From Octopus bimaculoides (Eukaryota), in NCBI RefSeq assembly GCF_001194135.2, contig NC_068981.1:198360225-198408241 (forward strand): 48,017 nt of DNA, in the 5' to 3' direction. Of this stretch, positions 22,449 to 34,060 are shown piece by piece. The notes beneath the pieces were generated by a model that ran no database searches, was not told where the DNA came from, and saw only the letters and a program-made list of their open reading frames with translations. A program made the position numbers and the translations under genes. Within the stretch, counting starts at the first letter, position 1. Each line of letters starts with the position of its first letter.

Positions 22449-23073
22449 CTGAAAACAAGAAAGAAACTCGTTAGAATTGATGAAGAAATTAGCCAGATTC
22501 TGAGGGGAGCACTGGTGCTTAATTTTGGTAATTAGGGTTCGTTTTAGATAAAATCTAGTCTATGTAAATAGTAAACGAATTACTTTTGTAATTAAGTAGG
22601 AGAGGAAGCTGGTATGTCTAATGACTGTCGTAGTTGTGTGTCAAGTGTGCAGCGCTGGATAAAGATGAGGTAGTGGAAAGGGAACCAATTAGGGAGACGT
22701 CGCAATAACAGGGATTGACCCCTTGTCGAGAGGGATTGAGAAAATCTTAGTAAAGTTAATTTAGGATAAGATAAGGCATTAGGCTATATTTTGGGATCAG
22801 AACAGTTTGTGCAACACACACACACACACACACACACACAAATAGTCAAAAGGTTTGATGAAAAGAAGTCTTTCCAAGTGGCGAATTATAGTGAAAAATA
22901 TAAAAAAGAGAAATTTTATGTTGGGCAAAATATATATTTTTTTTTATGAAATGTAATATTTACAATAGTTGATTGGTTTCACTGGAGCTAATCAAGAAGT
23001 TATTGATAGTGATACAATTTCAGGCTATCATAAGCAATTTTCATCCCATGTCAGTAGGAGGAAGGATATTTTT

Positions 23074-23119
<46 letters not shown>

Positions 23120-23400
23120 CACCATAATTCTGGTGGAGCAACTGCAAGGGAAATTCTTAGCCAAGAGTACAGCATTCTTGGTATTTGTTGATATGAAGAA
23201 AGTCATTGACAAAGTCTCTAAGCTCTGTAACTTGGTAAGTGTTAAGAAACTGGATCTAGATGAATGGCTTGGAAGGACTGGTCAAACCATAAGCAACAGT
23301 GCAGATAATAAACAGGTAAAGATTGGCATTGAGTTTGCTGAAGAATTGTTTTATGTAGAGACCCAGTCGTACACAAAAGCTCTATTCTCAGTTTCCTTCT
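23120..23400 (+). mobile_element. Degenerate RTE RT-core fragment
   Basis: EQLQGKFLAK...FVDMKKVIDKV...KKLDLDEWL resembles RQLQEKY....FVDLEKAFDRV...RKLG.DEW. Confidence 0.7.
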
Positions 23401-23656
23401 TTTTAATATGGTTTTTAAATAATCAGAACTGGTTTAGTTTGGAAATTTTTATCTGCTGATGTTCAGGTTTGATAATTAGCATAATTAGTTGAAGAGCTTC
23501 AGAAAAAAAGTTCCTTACCTGAAAAGAATTGAATTGAGGTCAACATAAGAGAGCACAAGATTTGAAGGAGATAGGAACTCAACACTGGGCACTTCCAGGG
23601 AGCAGCAAGTGCAAAAGGAAGTGTAGTTAGCATTGCTAATATGGAAGGGAGGGATG

Positions 23657-24320
23657 ATAATAATAATAATAATAATAATAATCATCATAATAATAATGAA
23701 ATTATTGTGTATAGTGCTCAGGTGCACCACAACTCATCAAAGGTGCAATGTACAGTAGATAGAATTATGTCCAAAAGTCAGGAAAGTGAACAGTGTATGA
23801 GTCATGATATACAGGTGTGCATGCGTATGGAGGGGGTGGGGATATCAGGTGTAGTGTTGGCAAATTTCAGGAAGCATGGAGGCTTTAAAGGATGCAATGT
23901 CTCGGCAACTGACAACCGATGCAGGTAGTTTGTTCCATGCTTCAGCAACTCTGAGTGTGAAAAAGTGTTTCCTAAAGTCATGGGGGTTGTGCTGTTTATT
24001 GACTTTGTAGGCATTCCCACATGTTAGAAACACATGGAGCTCAAAAAGGTGCTCAAGGTGGTTGTTGGTGCAATGGTTGATAATTTTGTGGGTGTTTGCC
24101 AAATCAGTTGCCAGACGTTGGAGCTTCAATGTATCTACGTCCAGGAAGCAAGGCATTCAGAGTGTGGTAGATGTTTGATGGAGGGGGTTTGCTTGGTTGC
24201 ACGTCTCTGAACAGTTTCCAGGAATTCAATGTTTTGAACAAGATAGGGGTTCCAGACTGGTGGTGCAAATTCTAAGTTCCAAATGGAAGTAGTTGAGAGA
24301 CTTATTGTTACGATTAGCAA
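23657..24320 (-). mobile_element. CR1/Jockey-group LINE 3' fragment with (TTA)n-like tail
   Basis: LEFAPPVWNPYLVQNIEFLETVQRRATK...RKHFFTLRVAEAWNKLP: classic CR1 RT C-terminus, one frameshift. Confidence 0.85.
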
Positions 24321-24623
24321 GAAAGGGTTTTACTATTTATACAAAAGAAAGATTGTATGAAGAATGTGGCTGTGTAGTGTCGGAAGAGTTATGGCAGCTG
24401 TAGAGACACAAAAAGGTGGGCATTATATACTTTGTTGTTGGTCAATTTATATGGAAGTGGTGGTATGAGGGAGTGTGGTGTGCTAATGAGAGGAGTCTTT
24501 AAGGACCATGGTCCTTACAAGGGAAAAAGACACAGTATTTCCATAATGTGTTTCGTAACAGACCCAACTATTTTATCAAAGAAAACAGACAACAACAACA
24601 AATAAGGACAATGAGGAACCTAC

Positions 24624-24785
24624 ACAAATGACCCCTAACTCTCCGACCATTCTCTTCTCAGTGCCATCAACTTGGCAAGCCAGACAATTCAGCAGAGATA
24701 TACCAATACGTTGCACTAAATGGTCTTGGTTTTCTGGAGTTACAGCACCAAGGAGAATTTTGACAAGACGTTTGTAACAGTAAAG
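24624..24785 (-). CDS. ZER1: ZER1 exon: LYCYKRLVKILLGAVTPENQDHLVQRIGISLLNCLACQVDGTEKRMVGELGVIC
   Basis: ttttttttccag| acceptor and |gtaggt donor; 162 nt, phase 0-0; QRI...LACQVD motif. Confidence 0.94.
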
Positions 24786-25174
24786 CTGGAAAAAAAAAAT
24801 TACTTGTGGTTAATTTGATAATTTAATAAGTTATAGCTGCAGAAAAAATATTTTTTCACTAAAAAAAAAATACCCTTAGTTAACAAATAATATATTTAAA
24901 AGTTTAATTGAAATATATAATTTAAACTGTATAAGCTTAGAAAACCTAGAGTTGTTATATATAAAGTCCCAATTATATTAAATAGAAAAACTACCTTTAT
25001 TAACAAAGTGTTAATTAGTAGTAATATTTTACAAGATTATTGGAGTGGAAACATGTTGAAATACATTATTGTATTTTGGGACAGTCATTTACCAAGAAGA
25101 AACACATACACCAGTTCTATTTCACTTCTTCTTATTATTATTATTAGGTAATTATGTAACTAATTAGTCGCCTG

Positions 25175-25310
25175 TTTGTGCATATGTGTGTGTGTGTGTG
25201 CATGCAAACCTGTGTACATGTGTGTGCCTGTATATATGTGTGCACCCATGTGTGTGTGTGTGTGCATGCAAACCTGTGTACATGTGTGTGCCTGTATATA
25301 TGTGTGCACC

Positions 25311-25345
<35 letters not shown>
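25175..25345. repeat. (GT)n tract with an exact ~62-bp tandem duplication
   Basis: gtgcatgcaaacctgtgtacatgtgtgtgcctgtatatatgtgtgcacccatgtgtgtgtgt occurs twice. Confidence 0.9.
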
Positions 25346-25352
25346 ACATATG

Positions 25353-26540
25353 TAAGAGGTGGTATCAAAAAGTTCCTGGACTAATTCTGTAGCGTACCAA
25401 CAGATGGCAGCACATGGTTGCATGTGCAGTGAGAGCCAGCAGTGACCTTCATGAAGCAGTGCACCAGGTGAAATTGCTGTGTTTACTTCACAAGTTGTGA
25501 AATTTGTGTTTTTGTGATCACATGTGAATTGTAGTTTGCTATTTTGTCATGGACAGGAGCAAAGGGCCAAAGTGAGATTTTGTGTTAAACTGTGGAAGTC
25601 TGCTTCGGCATGCTTACGGCAATGAGACAGTGAGCGCTTAAAAAGTGGAAGAATGTCCCAGGAAGACATGTCACGAGCATCACCCCCAGAAATGCAGAAA
25701 AAATTCCTCAGCTTGCGCATGAGGATCGTCGGAAGACAATCACTGACATTGCTGATGCTGTTGGTCTGTTGTGTGGGTCCATACAGGTAATCCTGACATC
25801 TGACTTCAACATGCAGCATGTCTCTGTCAAGTTTGTCCCCGCTGCTAACCACTGAGCAGAAAGAACATTGCTTTGAAGTTCATCAAGTTCTCCATCAGCA
25901 TGCTGCTGTTAACTTATCCTTTCTGTCAAGGACCATCACTGGTGAGGAGAGATGGCTTTAAGGGTACGACCCTGAGACAAAGCAGCAGTTGTCACAATGG
26001 AAGAGCCTTTCATCTCCATGACCAAAGAAGGCACAACAATGCCGCAGCTCAATCAAGAGCACGCTCATCGTTTCTTTCGACATGTTTTGTGCATCGAGAA
26101 TTCGTTTTTCAGAGCCAGACCATCGAGAGTCCTACTGTGACACTTTGAGGCATTCAAAGGAGGTTATTCGGTGAAAGCGACCGGATCAGTGGAGCACAAA
26201 CTGACTGGATTCTTCACAATGACAATGCACCCAGTCTCTCCTTATTCATGAGTATCTCATGACACCACTTCCACACCCACCCTAGTCACCAGATTTAGCA
26301 CCTGTGGACATCCATCCCTTCCTCAAGATCAAAGGTCACCAATTTAATACCGTTGTCGCGATCCAGAGTGAATCGCAGAAGGTCCTCGATTCGCTTACGT
26401 AAAACGACTTCCAGGCCGGATTCCAAAAGTGGCAGGAATGCTGGGACTGGTGTGTTGCTGTGCAAGGTGACTATTTTGAAGGAGATGATGTTAAAAGTTA
26501 GGTAAATAAGTTATTTTCTATCAAACATAACTAGTCATAC
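25353..26540 (+). mobile_element. Decayed mariner transposon (irritans-like), internally deleted
   Basis: TA then gaggtggtatcaaaaagttcctggacta 5' end; remnants TGEERWL*GYDPETKQQLSQWK, HNDNAP and HPP*SPDLAP. Confidence 0.85.
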
Positions 26541-26553
26541 GTGTGTCCACCTA

Positions 26554-26596
<43 letters not shown>

Positions 26597-26863
26597 ACGC
26601 GCATGTACCAACATGTATAAGCCTTCATGTCACTCTTTTTTCTTTCTTCTTGGCAAACCATATTTTTACTTAACGATTCAACTTTCCTTCTGTAGTTACT
26701 ACTACTACTACTACTGCTACTGCTGCTGCTGCTGCTGCTACTACTTTATAGTCAATTTCTGATACAGCAGAATTCTCTCAGAATTTCTTTCACTAAAATA
26801 ATCTAATGTCTTGATACATTTAATAAATTTAGATTTGAAAGGTTTTAAAACCCTCTACAAATC

Positions 26864-27260
26864 CTCATCATCGTCATTTAACGTCCGCTTTCCATGCTGG
26901 CATGGGTTGGACAGTTTGACTGAGAGCTGGAAAGCCAGGAGGCTACACCAGACCCCAATCTGATCTGGCAATGTTACTACAGCTGGATGCCCTTCCTAAC
27001 ACTTACCACACTGAGAGTGTAGTGGGTGCTTTTAATGTGCCACCAGCACGAGAGCCAGTCAAGCGGCACTGGCATCAACCATGCTTGAATGGTGCTTTTT
27101 GCATGCCACCAGCACAGGAGCCAGCCAGGCAGCACTGGCAATGGCCACGCTCGAGTGGTGTTTTTTACGTGCCACCGGCACAGGAGCCAGTCGGGCAACA
27201 CTGGCAATGATCATGCTCAAATGGCGCTTTTTACATGCCACTGGCACGGGAGGCAGTCAG
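26864..27260 (-). mobile_element. RTE-derived element with internally tandemised ~55-60-bp subunits
   Basis: (atc)n tail at ~26865; gccaccagcac..gagccagtc..g..gcactggca..ggtg(c/t)tttt repeated ~4 times. Confidence 0.8.
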
Positions 27261-27482
27261 GCAGTCAATCACAATTCAGATTGCCAGACAGAATAATAAC
27301 CACCACACAGACAATTACAGTGGAATGTTTAAAAAAAAATTGTTAGGAATTGAAGCTCAGTGCAAAGTGTTGCAGCTTGTTGGATCCTGTCAAACTGTCC
27401 GACCGATGCCACCACAGCAAGCAGACATTAAATGACGACGATTATAGCGAAAATTAAAATAGAGAAAGGCGTTAGAACTTAC

Positions 27483-27536
27483 CACTTCGTGAGGAATATC
27501 AAAGTGGCAGAGGGTAAGAAAACCATTCCTCAGCAT
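27483..27536 (-). CDS. ZER1: ZER1 exon: MLRNGFLTLCHFDIPHEV
   Basis: ttttatttctttag| acceptor and |gtaagt donor; 54 nt, phase 0-0; aligns to 'VQRNCCLTLCNFSIPEEL'. Confidence 0.92.
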
Positions 27537-27737
27537 CTAAAGAAATAAAAAAAACAGATTCCAAATAAAACAGGGACACATTTCTGAAAGGGAACTTCAT
27601 TTCTGTTGGGTAGATTCCAGATAATAAAATATTTGGAGTGAAATGATTGATACGAAAGCTAATCAGCTGAAATAATGAGTTGGCGGAGGGGGGGGGGGAA
27701 TAGATTGAAATAAAAAATTCTAGAGAAAGTAGGCACA

Positions 27738-27830
27738 GGTGTGGTAAGAGTTTTTCTTGCCAGTCACATGGTTCCAGGTTCAGTCCCACTGTGTGGTACC
27801 TTGGGCAAGTGTCTTCTACTATAGCCCAGG
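27738..27830 (+). mobile_element. SINE family A head, truncated
   Basis: gtgtggtaag...ggttccaggttcagtcccactgtgtgg..ccttgggcaagtgtcttctactatagcc. Confidence 0.75.
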
Positions 27831-28393
27831 GATACAGGAGGAATTCAAGGGAGATTACTCAAGTGAATCAATGGCATGGATTTAAATAATTCAGATGTGT
27901 GGTGATGTACTGATTGGCGGAGGTAAATAATTCTTAAGGAATTAAAATCTGCCTTTTAGTTAGAAAAATTAAGCAAAACTCTCGTGTTGTCTGTTGATGA
28001 CTTTCATAGACAAAGAGGTGGGGAATAATTTCAAGAAATTAAAAACTAGTTTCAAAGATGACTGAATTTTCATGCTTAAAATTCTTCATGATTCCTTCTA
28101 TTTGTAGAAATCTAGATCAACTGATCAATGCACAAAAAGCTGTGCTGAATAGCTATGATGCATTGATGAAGTGTAATAAAACAGAAACCTGTCTCTAATT
28201 GACCGCCCTTAACAAAGATCAAATTTTGTCCCTTAACATGAAATTTCAATATCAACAAAATCAACTCCTAATTTCTGGAAGTTATCTCCAATTTTCTTTA
28301 GAGACCCACTAACGTAATAATTACCACAAGGTTTTGTTTCCCTTTACCAACTAAGAGGTAAACTTCAATTCCTCCACAATTCTCCACAAATAC

Positions 28394-28622
28394 CATTCTT
28401 TTCTACTCTAGGCATAAGACCCGAAATTTGGGGGGAGTGGGGGGGGGGGGGGGGGCAGTCAATTAGATTGACCCCAGTATGCAACTGGTACTTAATTTAT
28501 TGACCATAGAAGGATGAAAGGCAAAGCTGACCTCCGCAGAATTTGAACTCAGAACATAAAGACAGACGAAATACAGCTCAGCATTTCGCCTGGTGTGCTA
28601 ACGTCTCTGCCAGCTCACCACC
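28394..28622 (-). mobile_element. SINE family B, near full length
   Basis: Minus strand: ggtggtgagctggcag...ttctgagttcaaattctgcggaggtcagctttgcctttcatcctt...aagtaccagttgc..ggggtcaatcta...gcctagagtagaaaagaat. Confidence 0.85.
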
Positions 28623-28839
28623 TTTCTACAAATATCATTGAAACCATCGCCATCTTGTTGGATTAAATAAACCCGTCGTCATTAGAAGTTTATTAACAGA
28701 GTCATTAAATCAATTTATTTCCAATGGCTACTATCACACTTTTACATACTTGATACCATGTTTCATACTCGTTTCAATACTAACAAATGCAATGCAACGT
28801 TCTTCAGTTCCAGCTAGCATCAAATTTAAACTATTGATA

Positions 28840-29118
28840 CAGTTCATTATGTACATTTGACGGATATTTGTCCTCATCTTGTTTGTTGTTAACCCAATGT
28901 TTTGGCTGATATACCTTCCATTCTTCATCAAGTGTCTCGGGGAAATTTCGAACCTGGGTTAGGAATGCAAACCCAGGCTTGAAATTTCCCCAGGACACTT
29001 GAAGAAGGCTGAAGAGTACATCAGCCAAAACGTTGTGTTAACAACAAACAAGATGAGGACAAATATCCATCAAATCTAAATAATGTACATAATTCCTCAT
29101 CGCTTAAATATAGAACTG
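28840..29118. mobile_element. Palindromic Penelope-LTR-like / MITE-like element
   Basis: Arms 28846-28960 and 28969-29092 are ~85% reverse complements; cagttc...gaactg termini; TGANGA-stem-AAAC motif in each arm. Confidence 0.75.
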
Positions 29119-29129
29119 GATTGATACAG

Positions 29130-29972
29130 TTGCGATGTGATTATTATCCTGAATATGCTTGATACATTTTCGAACTGGGCAAACAAGCTACTCGTGTTTT
29201 GTCACAGAGAATATATCTCGCATGTTGACAAATGGTGTATATACACTTAGATCAGCTCACAGTGCCACCTACCTAGACTGTGAGATGCTAGCATTTCAGA
29301 GTAGTTATCTCCTCTTCAGTCACAGACACTCGGCAGATGGCACTGCAAGCTGAATTAAGAGATTACCCTCCTAATGCTTTTCCAGTCACCATACAGTGAC
29401 TGGCAGCACTATACAGCGTCTCACAGTAAGTAAATTACAGAGGGGGAGTGTTAAGCAGTGATAAATGAAATTGCAATGTTATTATCAGCCTGAATATGCT
29501 TGGTGCATGTTCAAACTGGGGAAACAAGCTATTCACAGAGAATATAGCTCGATTGTTGACAAATGGTGTGTATACATCTAGATCAGTTCACAGTGAGATG
29601 CTAGCATTTTGGAGTAGTTATCTCCTCTTGGCTCACAGACACCAGGCAGACGATGCTATGAGCTGATTGAAGAAATTGACTCTTTTATGCTGCTCCAGTC
29701 ACCATACAGTGACTCAGCTTGTAGCGTCGACTGCCTTGTGTCTTTGACTGAAGACGAGATAACTACTTCAAAATGCTAGTATCTCACAATCTAGGTAGGT
29801 GGCGCTGTGAACTGATCTAGATGTATACACACCATTTCAACAAGTGAGACATATTCTCTGTGACAGAACGCAGTGAGTAGCTTGTTTCCCCAGTTCGAAT
29901 GTGCCTCAAGCATATTCAGACTAATAAAAACATTTCAATTTCACTGATCCCTGCTCAGCGTTCCCCCTCCAT
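29130..29972. repeat. Foldback repeat: two tandem ~320-bp units followed by an inverted unit
   Basis: Unit starts gagggggag..(g)tgaaattgcaatgttattatcagcctgaatatg; 29715-29972 is the reverse complement of the unit; hairpin agtcac-catac-agtgact at the symmetry centre. Confidence 0.85.
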
Positions 29973-30172
29973 TATTTGTACAGTGTCTACACTTACCAGC
30001 AAGTTCTAACGTATCCTTTCCCATATAAAATATGGTATCAGGTGTATCCATCACAAATTCAACCTTTACTTTATATGCAGTCATCAAAACTTACTTTAAG
30101 CATAAACACATGCAAAGACAGCTGAGGTCACTAGATTACAATCAGCAACATTTACAAAAACAATATACTCAC

Positions 30173-30227
30173 AGTTTGTTCGTCATCTCTGTTTTCCATG
30201 GCATCAAGTAAGATATCAATTGCTTTC
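30173..30227 (-). CDS. ZER1: ZER1 exon: (K)KAIDILLDAMENRDDEQT
   Basis: tctttag| acceptor and |gtgagt donor; 55 nt, phase 2-0; aligns to 'RQVIQVVLNGMESYQEVT'. Confidence 0.88.
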
Positions 30228-30251
30228 CTAAAGATACAAACAAAACATTAA

Positions 30252-30457
30252 CCGTTCAGCATCCAGATTGTCCTGGGAAACGTGATGCTTGTTTATTCAC
30301 ATTGTTTTCAATTAATCATGCAGTGTCTCATAGCTTTGAGATTTCAATGATGTGATTGTTTATTTTTAGAATGACATTATAGGATAGGTGTAAGAGACCA
30401 GATCTGAACACAAAACAGGTAGATGTGGAGGCGGGGGCTAGTTTAAATGCAAAAGAG
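30252..30457. mobile_element. piggyBac-like MITE, degenerate, ~25 nt from the exon 30227 acceptor
   Basis: ttaa|ccgttcagc...aaaagag|ttaa; internal similarity to 15896-16116. Confidence 0.65.
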
Positions 30458-30499
30458 TTAAGCATGTTAGTCATGAAAATAAATATGGCAGCTTATTTA

Positions 30500-30955
30500 T
30501 AATGCTGATGTTGTGGCCAATGCTGGCGTCGCGTAACTAGCACCTGTGCCAGTGACACATAAAAAGCACCTCTTGAGCATTGGGCCTCACGGAGGCAATG
30601 TGGTGAATGCCGGTGTCATGTAACTAGCACCTGCGCAGGTGGAATGTAAAAAGAACCTTTCAAGTGTTGGGCCTCATGAAGGCAATGACAAATGACTGAG
30701 ACCCTTGGCAATATATCATGCTGGAGTAGAAGAGCCATCAAGCTAAGTGGATTCGTAGTCGTGGTAGATACTGGTGTCACACAACTGGCACATAAAAGCA
30801 CCCATTGGAGTGGTTGGCATCAGGAAGGGCATCCAGCTGTAGAAACAATGCCAAATCAGACTTGTTTCTGTGCAACTCCTCAGCTTGCCAGCCCTGGTCA
30901 AACTGTCCAACCCATGCCAGCGCAGACAACAGATGCTAAATGATGATCATGATGA
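30500..30955 (+). mobile_element. RTE-derived 3' element
   Basis: ttgggcctcacggaggcaatg...ggaagggcatccagctgtagaaac...gctaaatgatgat. Confidence 0.8.
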
Positions 30956-31216
30956 TGTACACAGAGTGTGACGGGTGGTAGAATCAAGATGCTGTAAGTT
31001 TTGGGTTCAAACCCTACCTTGCTTGACTTTCATTTGTTTAGTCTTTTTTTTACATACTAACATGGCTGGAAGAGGAATTGATTCAGAGCCAGGATTTTAC
31101 AGGGGGACGTACATTCCATAAGTCTTTGAAACTGCTCAGTGACCATTTTTAAAGTCAATAATCAGCAATGCTTTGCTCACATGAGGATTGGCAAAATATC
31201 GACCTTAACACATACA

Positions 31217-31335
<119 letters not shown>

Positions 31336-32833
31336 GAGCGAGAGAGAGAGAGGGAGTGTGCACTTGGTTGTTAAATCAAGAAGTTCACTGCCCAATCATG
31401 TGGTTTCGGGTTTGGTCCTGCCTCACAGCAGTTTTGGGCAAATGCTGTTTTCTATAGTTCCAAGTCAACCAAAGCCTTATATGATGGAAACTGAAAGAAG
31501 CCCATTGTACATGCGTATGCATCTCCACATTGCACAATGAGTGCCACTGTCATACCAGCGATGTCCTTCTTTCCCAATCTTCCATGAAAACATGTCTGGC
31601 CACGAGGAAATGTTATCTTACTTGGAAACAGGTGAAGGTTAACAACAGGAAAGGCATCCAGCTATAGAAAATTTGCCTCAACAATTTTTAATTTTTGGGA
31701 ACCATCAAGCTACATACAACAAAAAATTCAGTGAGTATGTATGGATCTACCGGAGCATGGTTCTCAGTGCCTCTTTCTATCCATCACAGTCCTCCAGGTT
31801 ATAACAGCAAACCAGTTGATTGTGTCTTTATCTCCTCTGCCGTAACTCCCTTATTCTTATAAGCGAATCTGTGAAACAGCTGGTGAAACATTTCACGGCC
31901 CCTTTCTGCTCTACCAATTTGCTTTCTTTCTAGGAACACCCCTTTTTCACATCTTATCCTTCATTCTTAACTTTATTCCCTCCGCTCATATTTTCCATCG
32001 CCCACCATTTCTGTGCTGTCAGCCATCCCCTGCCAACCCCATTTCTGCCACTTCCTAGTGACACCCATTCCTTATTCTTAACACCATCTACCATCAACCA
32101 GCCCAGCCCATCTTTGTTTGCCACCCATTCACCACTATCTTCCTCTCAGCTCTTGTCTCCCATTTACTCTGTTATTTTCTGGTGTTCTTCAATGTTTCTC
32201 TTCTGCCCATCATCACTTCCTCTCCCCTCAGCCACTTCTGGTGTCATCCATCCCTCATTCACCTCATACCCTATCTCTTACCATCTCTCACTACTCCCTG
32301 CCACACTTTGCAACCTCCACCCACCTTAATATTTATTTCGTGTCACCACACCCTCTTCTAATCTCCTCATTGTACCCTGAGGGTATGCTCTAACACTTTT
32401 ATCTCTCCAGTTCTACCACAAATATTCTCACCTCCCCTTATATAATGTGGGGTAACCAGGTACCTCCTTGATTAACACATATTTGTTTCTGTCCTTTCTA
32501 TCACACATAAAGCCACAGCCCCATCTCTATTATAATCCCAGTACGTCAAGGGGCCTCCTCAGTCCTGTATATTAAATGGTGACTTCACTAGTGCTGGGGG
32601 CCACAAAAAAATAGCACCCAGTCCACACTCTGTAAAGCGGTTGGCATTAGGAAGGGCATCCAGCTGCAGATGCCAAGTTAAAACTAAGAAACTGGCTTAA
32701 GACATGATCTTTCAGCTTATCAGATCCTGTCATACAATCCAGTTGTTGCCAGCATGGAAAGAGGATGTGAAACGATGATGATGATGATGATAAGGAGGAG
32801 GAGGATAATGGTAGCTGTGATGGCAATGTTGGT

Positions 32834-32869
<36 letters not shown>

Positions 32870-32934
32870 CAAAAACAAAAAAAAAAACCAACAAAAGACA
32901 GGATCGTTGCAATTGTAGTAATGACAAAACTTAC

Positions 32935-32997
32935 TTCCTTAATTTCCTTGGAGCATGAGCCATTTGTTCTCCTTTCACAATATAAAACAAAGAGGCA
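32935..32997 (-). CDS. ZER1: ZER1 exon: (S)ASLFYIVKGEQMAHAPRKLR(K)
   Basis: cattccag| acceptor and |gtaagt donor; 63 nt, phase 2-2; continues GSASLFY. Confidence 0.92.
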
Positions 32998-33377
32998 CTG
33001 GAATGGTAAAAGGAACTTCGCTCTAGAAATATGTTTAGAATTTACATGTTTCGTAAAACCAAAGCTAAAGATTAATTATAACATTTAATAGTTAAACCAT
33101 GTTTTTAATACTAGCATTGTTTTGGTCTGGAAGGTTGTTATTGGAGACGCTACTCTATTCTTATTATCGACATATTATACAATTACTATGTACTACACTA
33201 TTACTATAGTATCAATGAACACATACTATTATTATATTATTACTAAAAACTATAGGCATACTATGCTATTACTTCACTATTACAACAGACGTACTATACT
33301 ATTACTAATAATATACTATGGTACAACAATACTACTAATAAAGACATCTTATGTTATTAAGATACTATTACTATATA

Positions 33378-33795
33378 GGCGCAGGAGTGGCTGTGTGGTA
33401 AGTAGCTTGCTTCCCAACCACATGGTTCCGGGTTCATTCCCACTGCATGGCACCTTGGGCAAATATCTACTATAGCCTCAGGCTGACCAAAGCCTTGTGA
33501 GTGGATTTGGTAGATGGAAACTGAAAGAAGCCCATCGTATATATATATATACATGTGTGTGTGTGTGCGTGTGTGTGTGTATGACTGTGTGTCTGCCACC
33601 CCATCCACCCCAACAATGCTTGACCACCAATGCTGGTGTGTTTACGTCCCTGTAAGTTAGTGGTTCGGCAAAAGAGACCAATAGAATAAGTACTAGGCTT
33701 CCAAAGAATAAGTCCTGGGGTCGATTTGCTCGACTAAAGGCGGTGCTCCAGCATGGCCACAGTCAAATGACTGAAACAAGTAAAAGAGTAAAAGA
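33378..33795 (+). mobile_element. SINE family A, full length
   Basis: Complete head, internal (TA)n(TG)n, 3' part and gagtaaaaga tail. Confidence 0.92.
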
Positions 33796-34001
33796 ACAGT
33801 CAAGCTATACTATTTCCATAAAGACACTGTATTCCTATCAAAAACAGACTGTTTCTACAAATAATTATTCTTCACTCGAAATAGTTTTTCCAGGTTTTTC
33901 TTTTCTTTCCTTTTCTTTTTTTTTTTTCAAGTTTTTAAACAAACAAACAAAACACGAAGGAATGTAAAAAATGGAAAACATAGAAATTGTAATGTTTTTA
34001 C

Positions 34002-34060
34002 CTCCCTGAAATCTGAACATGCCAATCTTTTGGGTGTTGCTTCATGCACGACAGTATAGC
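34002..34060 (-). CDS. ZER1: ZER1 exon: AILSCMKQHPKDWHVQISG(S)
   Basis: ttttctag| acceptor and AG|gtaaaa donor; 59 nt, phase 0-2; matches 'ALKCHKYDRNIQVTGS'. Confidence 0.9.

Noticed and set aside
22178-22535. Plus-strand ORFs overlapping exon 22358-22448
   Set aside because: Composite of an RTE tail, (GAT)n and the antisense of a real exon.
29997-30063. Stop-free stretch VEFVMDTPDTIFYMGKDTLELA ending at a perfect gtaagt donor on the minus strand
   Set aside because: Purine-rich, weak acceptor; 67 nt would break the frame; no ZER1 similarity; the neighbouring exons already join in phase. At most a cryptic poison exon.
33122-33375. Tyr/Thr/Ile-rich ORF
   Set aside because: Degenerate (TAC/TAT)n low-complexity tract running into a SINE head.
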